This document shows, piece by piece, positions 12,270-23,864 of a stretch of DNA of 64,000 bases. This DNA comes from Mobula hypostoma. Its lineage: Eukaryota. The notes beneath the pieces are model-generated. The model was not told where the DNA came from, made no database searches, and was given only the letters and a program-made list of their open reading frames with translations. Position 1 is the first letter of the stretch; every line of letters begins with the position of its first letter. The position numbers and the translations under genes are program-made. The stretch is from NCBI RefSeq assembly GCF_963921235.1, contig NC_086108.1, positions 54,996,001-55,060,000 of the forward strand, written 5' to 3'.

Positions 12270-13170
12270 CAACACACACAAAATGCAGGAGAAACTCAGC
12301 AAGTCAGGCAGTGTGAATAGAGGGGAATAAACAGTTCATGTTTCAGGCCAAGATACTTCATCAGGACTGGAAATGAAATGGGCAAAAACCAGAATAAGAA
12401 GGTCGGGGAGGGCAAGGGGGACAAGCTGGCAGATGATAGGTGAGAGAGAAGGTGGGTGGGTTGGTGAGGTAGGAGGAATGAAGTGAGAACCTGGCAGATG
12501 ATAGGTGGAAGAGGTAAAGGGCTGAAGAAGGAATCTAATAGGAATAGACAGTGGACCATGGAAGAAAGGGAAGGAGGAGAGGAATCAGAGGAGGTGAGAA
12601 GAGAAGGGAAGCAGTGAGAGGGTAGTCAGAATGAAGAAAGGAAAATGACAGAAGGACAGAGGAAGAGAAATTACTGGGCTAAAGAAATCAACGTTGATGC
12701 CATCAGGTTGGATGTTACCTCAAAGGAGTATGAGGTGTTACTCCTCCAACCTGAGTTTGCCTCATCATGGCAGAAGAGGAGACCATGCCTAGGCATATCA
12801 GAATGGAAGTCAAATTCAAAGGGTGGCCACCGGGAGATCCTGCCTTTTATGGCAGAGAGTTCAAAGTTGCTCGGCAAAGAAGACCCCCAATCCACACTGG
12901 GCCTCACCAATGCAGAAGAGTCTGCACGGGGCGCATGGGATATGGTAGATGACCCAAACAGACCTGCATGTGAAGTGTCACCTCATCTGGAAAGACTATT
13001 TGGGGTCCTGAATCGTAATGAGGGAGTAGGTGTGAGGACACTTGTCACACTTGCAGGGATAAGTGCCAGGAGGGAAATCAATAGGGAGGGATGAGTAGGC
13101 AAAGGAGTCTTGTGGAGAGAAATCCCTATGAAAGCTGAAGGGGTTGGGAGGGAGGAAAATATGTACTTAG
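12270..13170 (-). mobile_element. Decayed Penelope-like element nested in a CR1 3' end (CR1 parts about 11965-12265 and 13200-13262)
   Basis: Homologous to 4281-5200; degenerate CTGATGA...GAAA at 12331-12369. Confidence 0.75.
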
Positions 13171-13689
13171 TAGGCTAATGTCTGGGTAGGAGGGATTTAA
13201 TTAGGCAGCATTTAGCTTAATTAGTTCAGTGCATGGTGGGCCAAAGGCCTGTTCCTGTGCATGTCCCACATTTTAAGATTAGCTCCCTGTTTAATCACAT
13301 TGCGGGGCGATCACGTATTGTGGACATCTTGTCCTATTTATCCCTGTTTACATTTCTGAGAGTACTGCTTCAGGGAGGAGTATAGTTCAATAGCAGCTGA
13401 CAACCTGGTGTACTTCACATATTAACTCATTGATTATTATTGGCCTGTGCTATACTTCGGAATTGTCAAAGGAATACAATCAGCTAACAGAACTAAACCT
13501 TTAGACTTGAAAGAGTGCCTGGTAGGAACGTTAACTGCGGTTACTACCACATGTATTGAGTGCTTACAGCTACATAGGTTTTGTTTACAATATTGAGATT
13601 ACTGATCTTGAAGAGTAAAGGCCTTCTCTGACATCCCCGTTCCACTGCGAATTGGTACTTGAGTTGTCTTTTGCATCTGCTGTTTGCAG

Positions 13690-13871
13690 GTTATTTGACC
13701 AGAAGGAAAGCAACACCTCAACTTACAGTAGTAGTTGTGTGGAGCAGCAAGTAATTCAATGCACCATCCCTTCCCCCGATCTCAATCACAAGTATTTCAT
13801 CTGGATAGAGCTGATTACCAATTCTGGAACTTTGCAGTCACCTTTGATGTTTGTCATGCCAATAAATGTAG
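13690..13871 (+). CDS. LEPR: LEPR exon (exon 6 equivalent): LFDQKESNTSTYSSSCVEQQVIQCTIPSPDLNHKYFIWIELITNSGTLQSPLMFVMPINV
   Basis: tttgcAG / GTAAGT; C-terminal part matches human FQSPLMSVQPINMV. Confidence 0.9.
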
Positions 13872-13950
13872 GTAAGTCTGGAAGAATTATGCTCTTGCAG
13901 TGTTTAATGCAATAAACAATTTTGAGTGTATTACCATGAAGGATGAAATG

Positions 13951-14059
13951 AGAAGCAGAGCAAACACTTCAGCTTACATTAATAATTGTGTGTGTGGAGC
14001 AGCATGTAATGAATTGCACCATCCCCTCCCCTGATCTGAATCACAAGTATTTCATCTGG
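13951..14059 (+). pseudogene. Decayed partial duplicate of LEPR exon 13690-13871
   Basis: Reads CVEQHVMNCTIPSPDLNHKYFIW versus exon CVEQQVIQCTIPSPDLNHKYFIW; frame-shifted upstream. Confidence 0.85.
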
Positions 14060-17000
14060 TCAGGCTGAGAAAAAGTATTATTTCTAATGGTGGTTGAATG
14101 ACCCTTGACTAAACCTTTAAAGTCTGTTGACTGTGGAAGAAAGAGTTAGTTAAAAGTTTATGGAAAATAACTCGTATGCTTGATTTTACATTTTAAGAGT
14201 TTTCAGGCAGCTAAGATATTGGATGGAGCACATTTAGAGCAAACAGCGTTTCACTTCAAGTGAGCAGAGTAACATCATCATTAGTTTCTGTAAAACATAG
14301 AATACCTTTGAAGATATTTCAGATCAGTCGTCCATACTGTAGCCCAATTATGTGGCACTTTTGGTTAGCCAATATGATGTTTTATTACACTTCACTGGAA
14401 TGTAAGTGGATCTCCTGCAAATTAGATGGAAATTGGAAGAGATACACTCTTAGTAAAGGTGGATATAAAATCAATTTTATGTGAAATTTTCCATAATGTT
14501 TTCAGCTGCCTTTCACCACAGTAAATTCCAGATCCACTCTGAAACCTGGTATAGTTTGTTTGGTATAAGGTTTGGGACCCAAAATCTTTTTTTTTGTGAA
14601 TTCAATTTTTCAGTTTTCAGACTCGTTTATCTGAAGAATTTGTTAACCGGAGGTACATGTGGAATGAATATTTTCAATTTTACTTTAGGGTGTTGCAGTA
14701 CTTTTACAAATAACAACTCGATGTTCTTTCTCTTCCCATACTTTGCACTCATCAATATGGTGCACTGCAAATCAATCCCTTCATCGGCTTGGGATTTAGT
14801 CAAAAGACTTGAAGTTGGCATTGGCAGCAAGGAAAGTTTCTCCATCAAAGGCAGGGATTTTGTTTTTCTCCTGACATAGCTCAACCATGCCCATGTTAGA
14901 CCTGTTTATTTGTCCTTTTGGGCTAGCTTCCTATTGTCTCTTTTCTTTATAACAACCCATTCTGAATGTTGGCATTTTCCTATCCTCAGTCCAAGTTACT
15001 TGAACCCCTTTCTTTTCTTACCTTTGTTGTATGCTAGTTTCTGCTCTACATCAATAATGTGTCTTAGCTACAGCAATATAGTTCCATTTCTCACCCCAGG
15101 CACTTTAAAAGTCTGAACAAAATGCAAATTATGACTACCCTTTGGTGCTCACGATACTGGTTTATTAAGAATCAAGTCAAATATCCCCTATTTTAATAGA
15201 TTACAATTCTACTTAATAGAATAAAATCAGTTAGTTTGTCTTTTGGCAGTGCTTAACTTAGTAGAAAATAAATATTTGGAACATGTGACCCAAATCGTGC
15301 CGTGTGAATAAATAACTTTACATTTATTTGAAAAGGGCAGAGCCAATGAGTCACAAATGTTCTGCCTCTATGGCCAACAGCTCAGCAGATTCATTTTTCA
15401 CTTCTTGTGGGTAAACTTGATTTTTCCTTCAAATGTTGCATGTCTAACGCAGCCAACACATTTGGGTAGCCTTTCCTGAGCAATTTGCTAACGACAGTCA
15501 ATATCATGTTGCTGGGAGTTTCAAACATTTAAAGCTTAATTTCCCCACTTCTTTACAATCTCTGTGTCATCTGGCTGCTGCTTTCAGATGCACAATGCAG
15601 AATTAATAAACAAAGGAAATTTACACCACAGAAGCGGGGCATTCATTCTATCAAGTAGAATTAGAATTAGAATTTGTTTAAATCTTCCACCCATCACACA
15701 ATGTGAGGGAGTAAAAATCTTTGTGTTATGACTCTGTTGCAATGTATAGAAATGCACAGTATCCGCCAGTTAAAAAAGAGCTGTCCAACCTCAATTCAGC
15801 TTCCTGCACTTTGATCTATAGCCTGGTTCTTAAATCCATATCCAATATTTTTAGTATGTTGATGTTTCTTCCTTTAGCATCCTTACAGGAAGTGACTTAC
15901 AGGTACCAAAACCCGCCTGGGTGAGAAAATGTTTCTTCACTGGTGGGGTAATTAAATTAACATTCTATACATTATTCAAAATAAAGAACTTACTAAAGTG
16001 TGAAGGTGTACAGTTGCTGTGGTACAATAGTCTCTTTGAAAGAATAAGCTCATATGAATGCACATATTTCCCACTAAGAATCAGATAACAAAATTTTACA
16101 TTGGAACTTTCAGCAAAGTGCTTTCAGGAAGGAGAGACCTTAATCAATGAAAGATGACAAGAATCTTGATTATGCATCAGTCACAAAGAATTGATTATTA
16201 TAATATATGCAAAGCACTTGCTGTGCTGCCTAATGCAGAACTTTGCATGCCTTAGACAATTATGTTTTTTTCTGTTCTAGGTTACAAATATATTTCTGGT
16301 CAGTAAAATAGTCAGCGCTGCATTATTTTCTTCATTGTCTCTAAGTATTCTCATTGATTATGTAAAATAATGGGAGTTGTAAGTCTGAACAGAAAACCAT
16401 ATTGAATGGAATATTCAGTTTCAAAAAGGACACAATGTTGAGGCATGTGAGAAAAACTTTTACCAACTCCTCTTTGATAATTTGATTATTATTTTTGTCA
16501 GTTTTGCCTTGGATCCAAGCATTTTTCAGGAATCACTTCTCAAGGTTAATTTAATTCTTGCTTTATTGAATATTTCTTTAATAAAGAGTTTGATATTATT
16601 ATTGTCAAGTCAGTGAAGACCTGAGTCAATTCAACATTTTATGAGAAACATTAACCTGCCATGCCATCACAAGCTTGACAAACTCAACCATGTTCAAAAC
16701 AAGGTATAACTTTCTTTTATCTGCCACATCATACTGAGTAAATACTGAAAAGGAAATCTTGACAGAAAATTGATGTAGGTGAAAGAATAAGATCAAAAGA
16801 AGCTACTTGGAAGGAACAAAGAAAAGCTCATATATTGAAAAACCGTAGCAGGTAATAATTATAAATTGTGGAGGAACTGATCAAATGATTATCTTCCAAA
16901 GAAAAAGGTATTTTTAAAAAAGTGCACTCTGTCAAACTGTGAGGACCATTATATGTGCCAAAATGGGCATTCAGCTGTTCTGAGTGGTGGATCTTTGAAT

Positions 17001-17450
17001 AGATGGCTCCAATCTGATGGCATGAAATTGCATGTCATCTTGATCCATGTGGTTAGCCCAGACTTGTTAAGAATTTGAAAAGATGAGAGCTCCTCTGTAG
17101 GTCCACTTGCTAAAGTGCGCTGCAAATTGATGAACTGAACAGGAAGTCACAAAAGCAGCCTGCATTCTGAAAGGAGTTAACAATAGTAGCCAGGTGTCTT
17201 TCAAACTTTCTTTGTCCTGTGCTAGATTTAAGATTCTTCAGATATAATAGGAAAGGAAGCATTAGCAAATTTGAAAGAGAAAAAATAACTGTAGTCTCTG
17301 AAATTCCAGATAGTAATGGAAAATGCCGTAAATTGAATCTGAATGTTTTCTTATTGGAAATAAAATAATAGTTTTGGATTTTGCAGGGATTATCTGTAAT
17401 GTCAGTCAGCTTAATTGTATCAATGATTTTTTTCTCTTTGTAATTTGCAG

Positions 17451-17596
17451 TGAAGGTAAATCCTCCCCAGAATCTTCAGACTGAAATGACAGTTGAAGGA
17501 ATTTTCAACCTTAGTTGGTCAAGCCCAAACCCTGAACCATACCTCCTCCAGTTTGAGGTAAAATACTCCACAGGCAACCCAGAGAGGGTCTGGAAG
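17451..17596 (+). CDS. LEPR: LEPR exon (exon 7 equivalent): VKVNPPQNLQTEMTVEGIFNLSWSSPNPEPYLLQFEVKYSTGNPERVWK
   Basis: tttgcAG / GTATGC, 146 nt; matches human [26 protein letters not shown]...LQYQVKYS. Confidence 0.93.
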
Positions 17597-17983
17597 GTAT
17601 GCTAATTTTATTTAGAAAATATATTTGTCCATTTATTATCATTTTCAAACAAAAAATTAAACAATTATTTCCAAAACCCTTGTGCAAACAGCTTTGACAA
17701 TATTTTCTTCGCATCTTCGATAAATGTGTGGCATATTTTTGATCATTAATAGTACTGTTTAAGGACATCTTGGTATATAACCCTGATTCAAATTATCTTG
17801 CCAGCTATTTTTCCTCTTTGTTTCCAAAGGAAGTCCTGTACTTTTCCCAATGTGTGAGACCGTCTGTCACACTGTAGTAGCAAACAATTGCATCAACTCA
17901 GCCATGTAAAAAGAGAAGAACAAGGTATTCAGCTTATCGCATGTGTTCATAGGCCATTGAGAATTATGTGTTGTGATATTATA

Positions 17984-18260
17984 TCACCTTCTTCTTCTTG
18001 AGCTCATCACCCTTAATGGGGCATTGACCGCCAACAGCAGCTTGCCCGAGTCCTCAGTCCTGGGCCAGCCCAGGTGTACAAGTTGTCCACAGGTGTAGCC
18101 CATCTTCTTGACTTCTAGATGAAGATCCTTCCTCTCCCAGGGACAAAGCCTTTGGAGCTTCTGTTGGCATTTCTGTAGTTCTGGGATTTTATGGGATGGG
18201 GTTTGTAGCCCCATATCCAACCATCCTCTTTTCACAGCTGGACTTGGGACCATCCACGAC
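17984..18260 (-). mobile_element. RTE-type retroposon 3' fragment
   Basis: (GAA)n-type tail and RTE-like terminal sequence; recognised by pattern only. Confidence 0.45.
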
Positions 18261-18893
18261 TGATTTATATCACCTGGCACAATGTTTTTGTGCATGGCAC
18301 CTTCAGTTTATCAACATTCAGTTATGATTAATGCACCTTTGGACTTCTAGTCCAGATTTTCTCTTCATATGATCCACATACAAAGGGGGGCCACCAGGCA
18401 CAACCAGTGGAATCAAATGACACACTTCTAAGCTACTGATATCAACTATTGGACAATCAAAGATTCCCCCACCATCTAAGCCATACTGACTTTTTGCAAC
18501 TACCACTGAGCGGAATTACAGAAAGCTGAAATCCTTCACCACCAGGCTCAAGAACACTACTTCTCTTTAACCAATTGGTTCCTGAACCAACTGGCAAAGC
18601 CTAGCAACACCATGACCGCTTTAATCACTTTGCACTAAAATTGCCTTTTTTGTTCTAATTGTGTTCTTTCTTGTAAAAAATATGCATAATTTATGTTTAA
18701 TTTATGTTTTCTTGGGAATGCTGCTTAGTTGATGCCATGTGCTTCTGGTGCTGCTGCAAGTAAGTTTTTGATTACACCTGCGCAGACATGTATATATGAT
18801 AATAACTTGTTTAATAAAAGAGTGGCCAGCTCCAATATGATATCTCCCATCAGTCACATCAGCCCCTCTTGTCCCACTTCTGCATATCACAGG

Positions 18894-21704
18894 TGTTATG
18901 TTTTGTAACTTCAGAACGTTAAACTATTACAAAGGAAGATATGGGAGCCCGTAATGTGTGTCTAACCAGGTATTACTTTAAGTGAGGTGCACACAGATCA
19001 CATGGTAGTGTCATGACGTATGCAATTCACGTATTTATACATATAACTTGCAATGAATTACTTAAATGAACAAGAATGCTTAATCAACAACATATTTACA
19101 GTACAAGATTACTCAAATATTACTGAAATATTAAATGCTCAACTCTCCCTTCTTAGCTATAAACTCAATATAGAATGCATCTCAACTATACTGTATACAC
19201 AGTATACTATATAATATAACTACTATATACAGACATCCACAGCATAGTAAATTTTGATTGTCCCATTCAGGCATCAAGATTTAGTCGCCGTGGAGGCTTT
19301 GTTACTTTTGTGGTATAACATCTTTCCTGAAAAGGGAGGTTACTCTGCGTGGCAGGTGAGACTTGTGGCTGTGAAAAAAAATCTCAGTTTCTTGGGCCTC
19401 CTCCATGATGGTTGTAGGAGTTGGCTCTAAGACTGCAGGAAATGGTTTTGACAGCTCAGGATACCTTTCTTCTCCTTCCTCCTTCTTCCAGTTTGTGCAT
19501 CTGATCTTGAGAAGGGCCATTTAGTTCACTGAAATATTCTCTTACTAATCCTTCTATTGCTCCTTTTACAATCTGATCTAACCTCTTGGTTTCCTCATCC
19601 ACAACATTCCCCAATGAATCCTCTGTTTTTGTATCTGCATTGACTGCTTTCTTTTTGGCCTTCCATTCATCCCGCTGGGCTTTGATCTTTGCATCTATTT
19701 GGACAAGCAGCTATTTGTCCCCCTCTTGAAGTTCATGCAATTACCTTAAGCACGCAGAGTAAATTTTGGTTCCTTATACTCACAAAAGCGGAATGTTTGC
19801 ATTTTTCTGAAGCTGTTTAACTCTCTTCCAGCTGAAAACCAAGCCACATCTCGCAAGTAACTGCCGGCTTAATACATCAGAAGCTTTCTCAGATATGTTG
19901 GCTACAAAAACTGTTGTAGTCAGACCACTGCTTTTATTACTTTCACAATACCACTGGCCAGCAAGGCCCTTCCTTGGTCCAATATGCTTTCCAACCAGAG
20001 GCACAAAGGTTGGCACCAATACCTGTTTGCCCACTTTTGGGCCACGATTCATGCTGCACAGCATGGAGATAGTTTTGGCATCATCCAGTACCTTTCTTAA
20101 TTCACTTTTAGTTGGCTTTATTGCAGGGGATATGGCATGCAAATGATGAATGGATCTCCAATCATGTTGTAGCTGTCTCAGCCAATCACGTCCCCACAAT
20201 GCTGGCCCTCCTGTTTTTACCACATACAAACTCAATGTGGCTTGCTGGTTTTTGCATTTCACTGTCATGAATGTCATTCTCACAGGAGTTAACTTTTCTC
20301 CTATATAATTTCTTAATTGGATATCTGCAGGTTTCAGTTCAGTGCTTTTGAAATGCCTTTCAAAATCATTTTGTGCAATGACTGAAAGAGCCAAACCTGT
20401 GTCCAATTTCATTTTAATTAATTTGCTGTTCACTTCTGGTGTATATCACGTTGCTTGTCTATTGTTAGTTTTTAAATTGTATACCTCAAAAGATCCCAGT
20501 CCTGTGTCATTCTTGCCATTATCAGACTTTTAATCAACAGCATGTAGATTAGTTCTCATTTTGAAACTCTAGCTTTTTCTCTTTCCTGCACAGTCCACTT
20601 ATTTTGGTCTGCCTGACATGGTCTTTGTATGTGTCCTACTTTGTTGCATTTTCTGCAGATTTCACCTTTAAATCTACATTGGTCTGGTGTATTGTTTGGC
20701 CAGACCAGTTTCTGTTTAGATGTTGCAATTTTGTTCATACTTACTTTAATTCCTGACAATTGTGACAATTTCAACTGCTTTTTTCAATGTAAGCTGTCCT
20801 TCAGCTAGCAGCCATTTTGAATGCTCTCTTGTAAGATTCCACAAACTAATTGATCTTTCAGTATCATTAGCCTCAACATTGAACTGGTAATGTTGAGACA
20901 TTCTTTTCAATTCAGCCATGTATGCTGAAATGGAATCCCCTTCCTTTTGATTCTACTTACGAAGCCTAAAACAGTTTGCAATGATTTTGGTTATAAGTGT
21001 TCCTGCATTATTTTCACAATGGCAGCAAAGCTAATTTCCACTGGTTTCGTTGGAGCAGCTAAACTTTGAAGTGAATTTCCAACATCTGCAGATTTCCTCG
21101 TGTCAGCAAAATTGGTTCTCATTTCTCACTGGCTATTTCATTTGCTTCAAAATACTGTTCAGTCAGCTCAGTATACATAAGCCAGTTATCTGTTGAGCAA
21201 TGAAACACATCAATTTTTCTGATGTAGACAGCCATTTCTGCTATTTTTTATGATTATTATCAACCTCTACTCAATCTTAATGAACCCGTGAATACTTGTG
21301 TTTACTACCTTATCTTTAACTTGAAGGTTTCTGTAAGTGCTGGGCTGTATTTTTTATTCACTGATTCACTGTTCCTCACTATATTTTTTTTTAACTTGGA
21401 AGTTTCACTTCTCTTTAACAGGTTGGTAGCCTTTTCGAGTTTGTTTTAAAAATACCTTGTTGCTACTGTTACATTTTGTAACTTCAAAATATTAAATGAA
21501 TCCAGAGGAAGACACTGGAGTCTGAAATGTGCGATTCTATCTTTAAGCGAGGCGCGCTCGTATCACATGGTAGTGTCGTGACATATGCAATTCGCGTATT
21601 TTTACATATAACCTGTAATGAATTATTTAAACAAACAAGAATGCTTAATCAACAACATTTTTACAAGATTACTTAAGTATTACTGAAATATTAAATACAC
21701 ACCA
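18894..21704 (-). mobile_element. Internally substituted Gypsy/Ty3 LTR retrotransposon (gag, protease, captured RBM25 fragment, integrase tail)
   Basis: LTRs 18894-19144 and 21467-21704 (TGTT start), ACAGG at 18889-18893 and 21705-21709, PPT beside 19145, degenerate PBS beside 21466, CCHC knuckle CRKCNKVGHIQRPC, protease LDTG. Inserted in a Penelope fragment. Confidence 0.9.
19466..20022 (-). pseudogene. RBM25: Processed RBM25 fragment (RRM and following helix) inside the LTR element
   Basis: VLVPT...VGKHIG.RK...TTTVFVANISEKASDVLSRQLLARCGLVFSWKRV / FCEYKEP..TLR / LHELQ.GDK*LLVQIDAKIKAQRDEWKAKKKA...DEETKRLDQIVKGAIEGLVREYFSELNGPSQ, colinear with vertebrate RBM25; intronless, with frameshifts and stops. 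Confidence 0.92.
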
Positions 21705-22505
21705 ACAGGATCCACTTATTTCATGACTCCTTAGCTCACTCTTACACTTCCACCAAACACTCGTCTCCCACAGCACCTTCCAATGCAACAGGAGAAAATA
21801 CACCCATCTGTTCACCTCTTTCCTTCCCACCATCCACTGATTCAAACAATCATTTCGGGTAAAACAATGATTCACTTGCATTTCTTACAATCTAGTCTTC
21901 TTCATTTGGTATTTGCAATGTGGTCTCCTCTGCACTGGGGTAACCAGATTCAGACTGGGTGATCACTTTACCGAACACTTGCATTCAGTCTGCAACAGTG
22001 CTCCTAAGGTTCTCATTGCCTGTCCTGATTCACCACCCTATTCCCACTTTGACCCTTTTCCTACTCTGCTATAGTGAGGCCCAAAGCACATTCGAGGAAC
22101 AACACCTCCATTTTTTTGTGCATTGCAAGACTCAGTATTGAATTCCCCAGTTTCAGATAACTTGCTCTTTCTGTTTTAAGACTGGCCATTTGCACTTACT
22201 ATTCAATTCCTCCTTTCTTTCATTTGTACATTTGTATATTGGGGCTTGCTCAGTACATTCCAATATGCCAGACCATACAATATTACCTGTGCCTCTCAAA
22301 ATTAGCAATATATTCCATAGGCAAAGGAGCCTCACTATCTATTCAATGGAAGTTTTATAGACATTCCTTTAGTTCTATCCATTGTCCTCTTTACTTTCTT
22401 TGTTGCTTAAATAAACTTGCTTTTTCTCTTTTACAGTTCTGATGAGCAGGTTTCTCTATCCACAGATGCTGCCTGAATGGCTCTGTTCTTCCTGCATTTC
22501 TGTGT
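21705..22505 (+). mobile_element. Old Penelope-like fragment, continuing from about 18830-18893 across the Gypsy insertion
   Basis: Decayed LGDHF.EHL and EEQHL motifs plus the pseudo-LTR end gatgctgcctga. Confidence 0.65.
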
Positions 22506-23589
22506 TTCCCTCTTACGTAGGAGCTGAACTAAAGGGTTGAGATCTGGTTAGTTGCTATTTGTAGGTGGGATGACCTCACCAGGGTTACTGCTCAGAACCC
22601 AAACTAGGGTCTTGGTAATTATTCTTGGTGTTCATTCCCACTGCAGCCATTTCACTGCGGATATCCTCATAGTCCATGATTAGCTGTCCAACTGATTGGC
22701 CCTGATCTTGACTGAATTGCCACATCAATTGACAGCACCACCTTACACCAGACCCAACACCTCCACTCCCTGTCCAGGGTCTGAGCCAAGTCTCCTCTGT
22801 GACCATTCCCTGACACTGCACCCTCCACTCACCATTGATTCAATCTACTTCTCTTTGACTCCTTCCCCCCAAGCTTGAGAACATGTACCTGCCAGGCTGA
22901 AGGACAACTTCTATCCCCCAATCCACTCTTAAATGGACTTGCTGAACACTCGATTTCTCAGTCTACCTCATCATGCCCTTGCATTTCATTTGTGTACCTG
23001 CATATCATTTTCTTTATAAATGTAAAACTATGTTTTGCATATTTTTCTTTTTTCATGAAATATGTATGGAATAGTTTGTCTGGATGGGATACAAACAATT
23101 TTTTTCTGTATCCTGGACATGTGACAACAATAAACCAACTGCCATTACCTCAAACCCCTATTTTGAGAACCGCCCATTTGTATTTCTGGATCTCTTCTCT
23201 GTCCAATTCTTTGACAAAACGTTCCTTTTTCACGAAGCCAGTGGTATATAGTTTTTTAAGAAGGTGAATAAGGGAAAGATATTCCAAGGTTCATTATCAG
23301 AGTATACTTGGCATCCAATTACAACAGCTTTCTAAATGGGGCTTCAGAGTAGTTTTGACAAAAGGATATTACAACTGTATGGTGTCAGCTTCTAGCAGAA
23401 GCACACACATAATCTTTGTGCATTGGTCTAGACTTAATATAAATGTATGTATTTGTTTTAAGTGTAATTTTAGCTCCGATTGGCAAGTTCTGCTGATGAC
23501 AATTCTATTTTTTGGATAAACATAGATTTTCCATAATGTATAATGCTTAATTATTATCATTGTTGTAAAACACACATGAGTATATTTAA

Positions 23590-23756
23590 GCAACACACAT
23601 CAAAGTTGCTGGTGAATGCAGCAGGCCAGGCAGCATCTATAGGACTGAAACGTCGACTGCGCCTCTTCCTATAGATGCTGCCTGGCCTGCTGCGTTCACC
23701 AGCAACTTTGATGTGTGTTGCTTGAATTTCCAGCATCTGCAGAATTCTTGTTGTTT
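23590..23756. mobile_element. Mini Penelope pseudo-LTR insertion forming a hairpin, with 14-bp target-site duplication
   Basis: Inverted repeat 23588-23644 / 23667-23723; ATGAGTATATTTAA at 23576-23589 and 23757-23770. Confidence 0.85.
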
Positions 23757-23864
23757 ATGAGTATATTTAAAGTTTATAAACTTTATCTTTTATTCAAATA
23801 ACTTAATAGTGTTTATAAGCACTTGTAAGGAATCTAACGATTAATATGGCTGGAAAAAATGTGT

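Noticed and set aside
14481..14879. 132-aa ORF and many other short ORFs in the track
   Set aside because: No recognisable domains; they are AT-rich intron or antisense TE frames.
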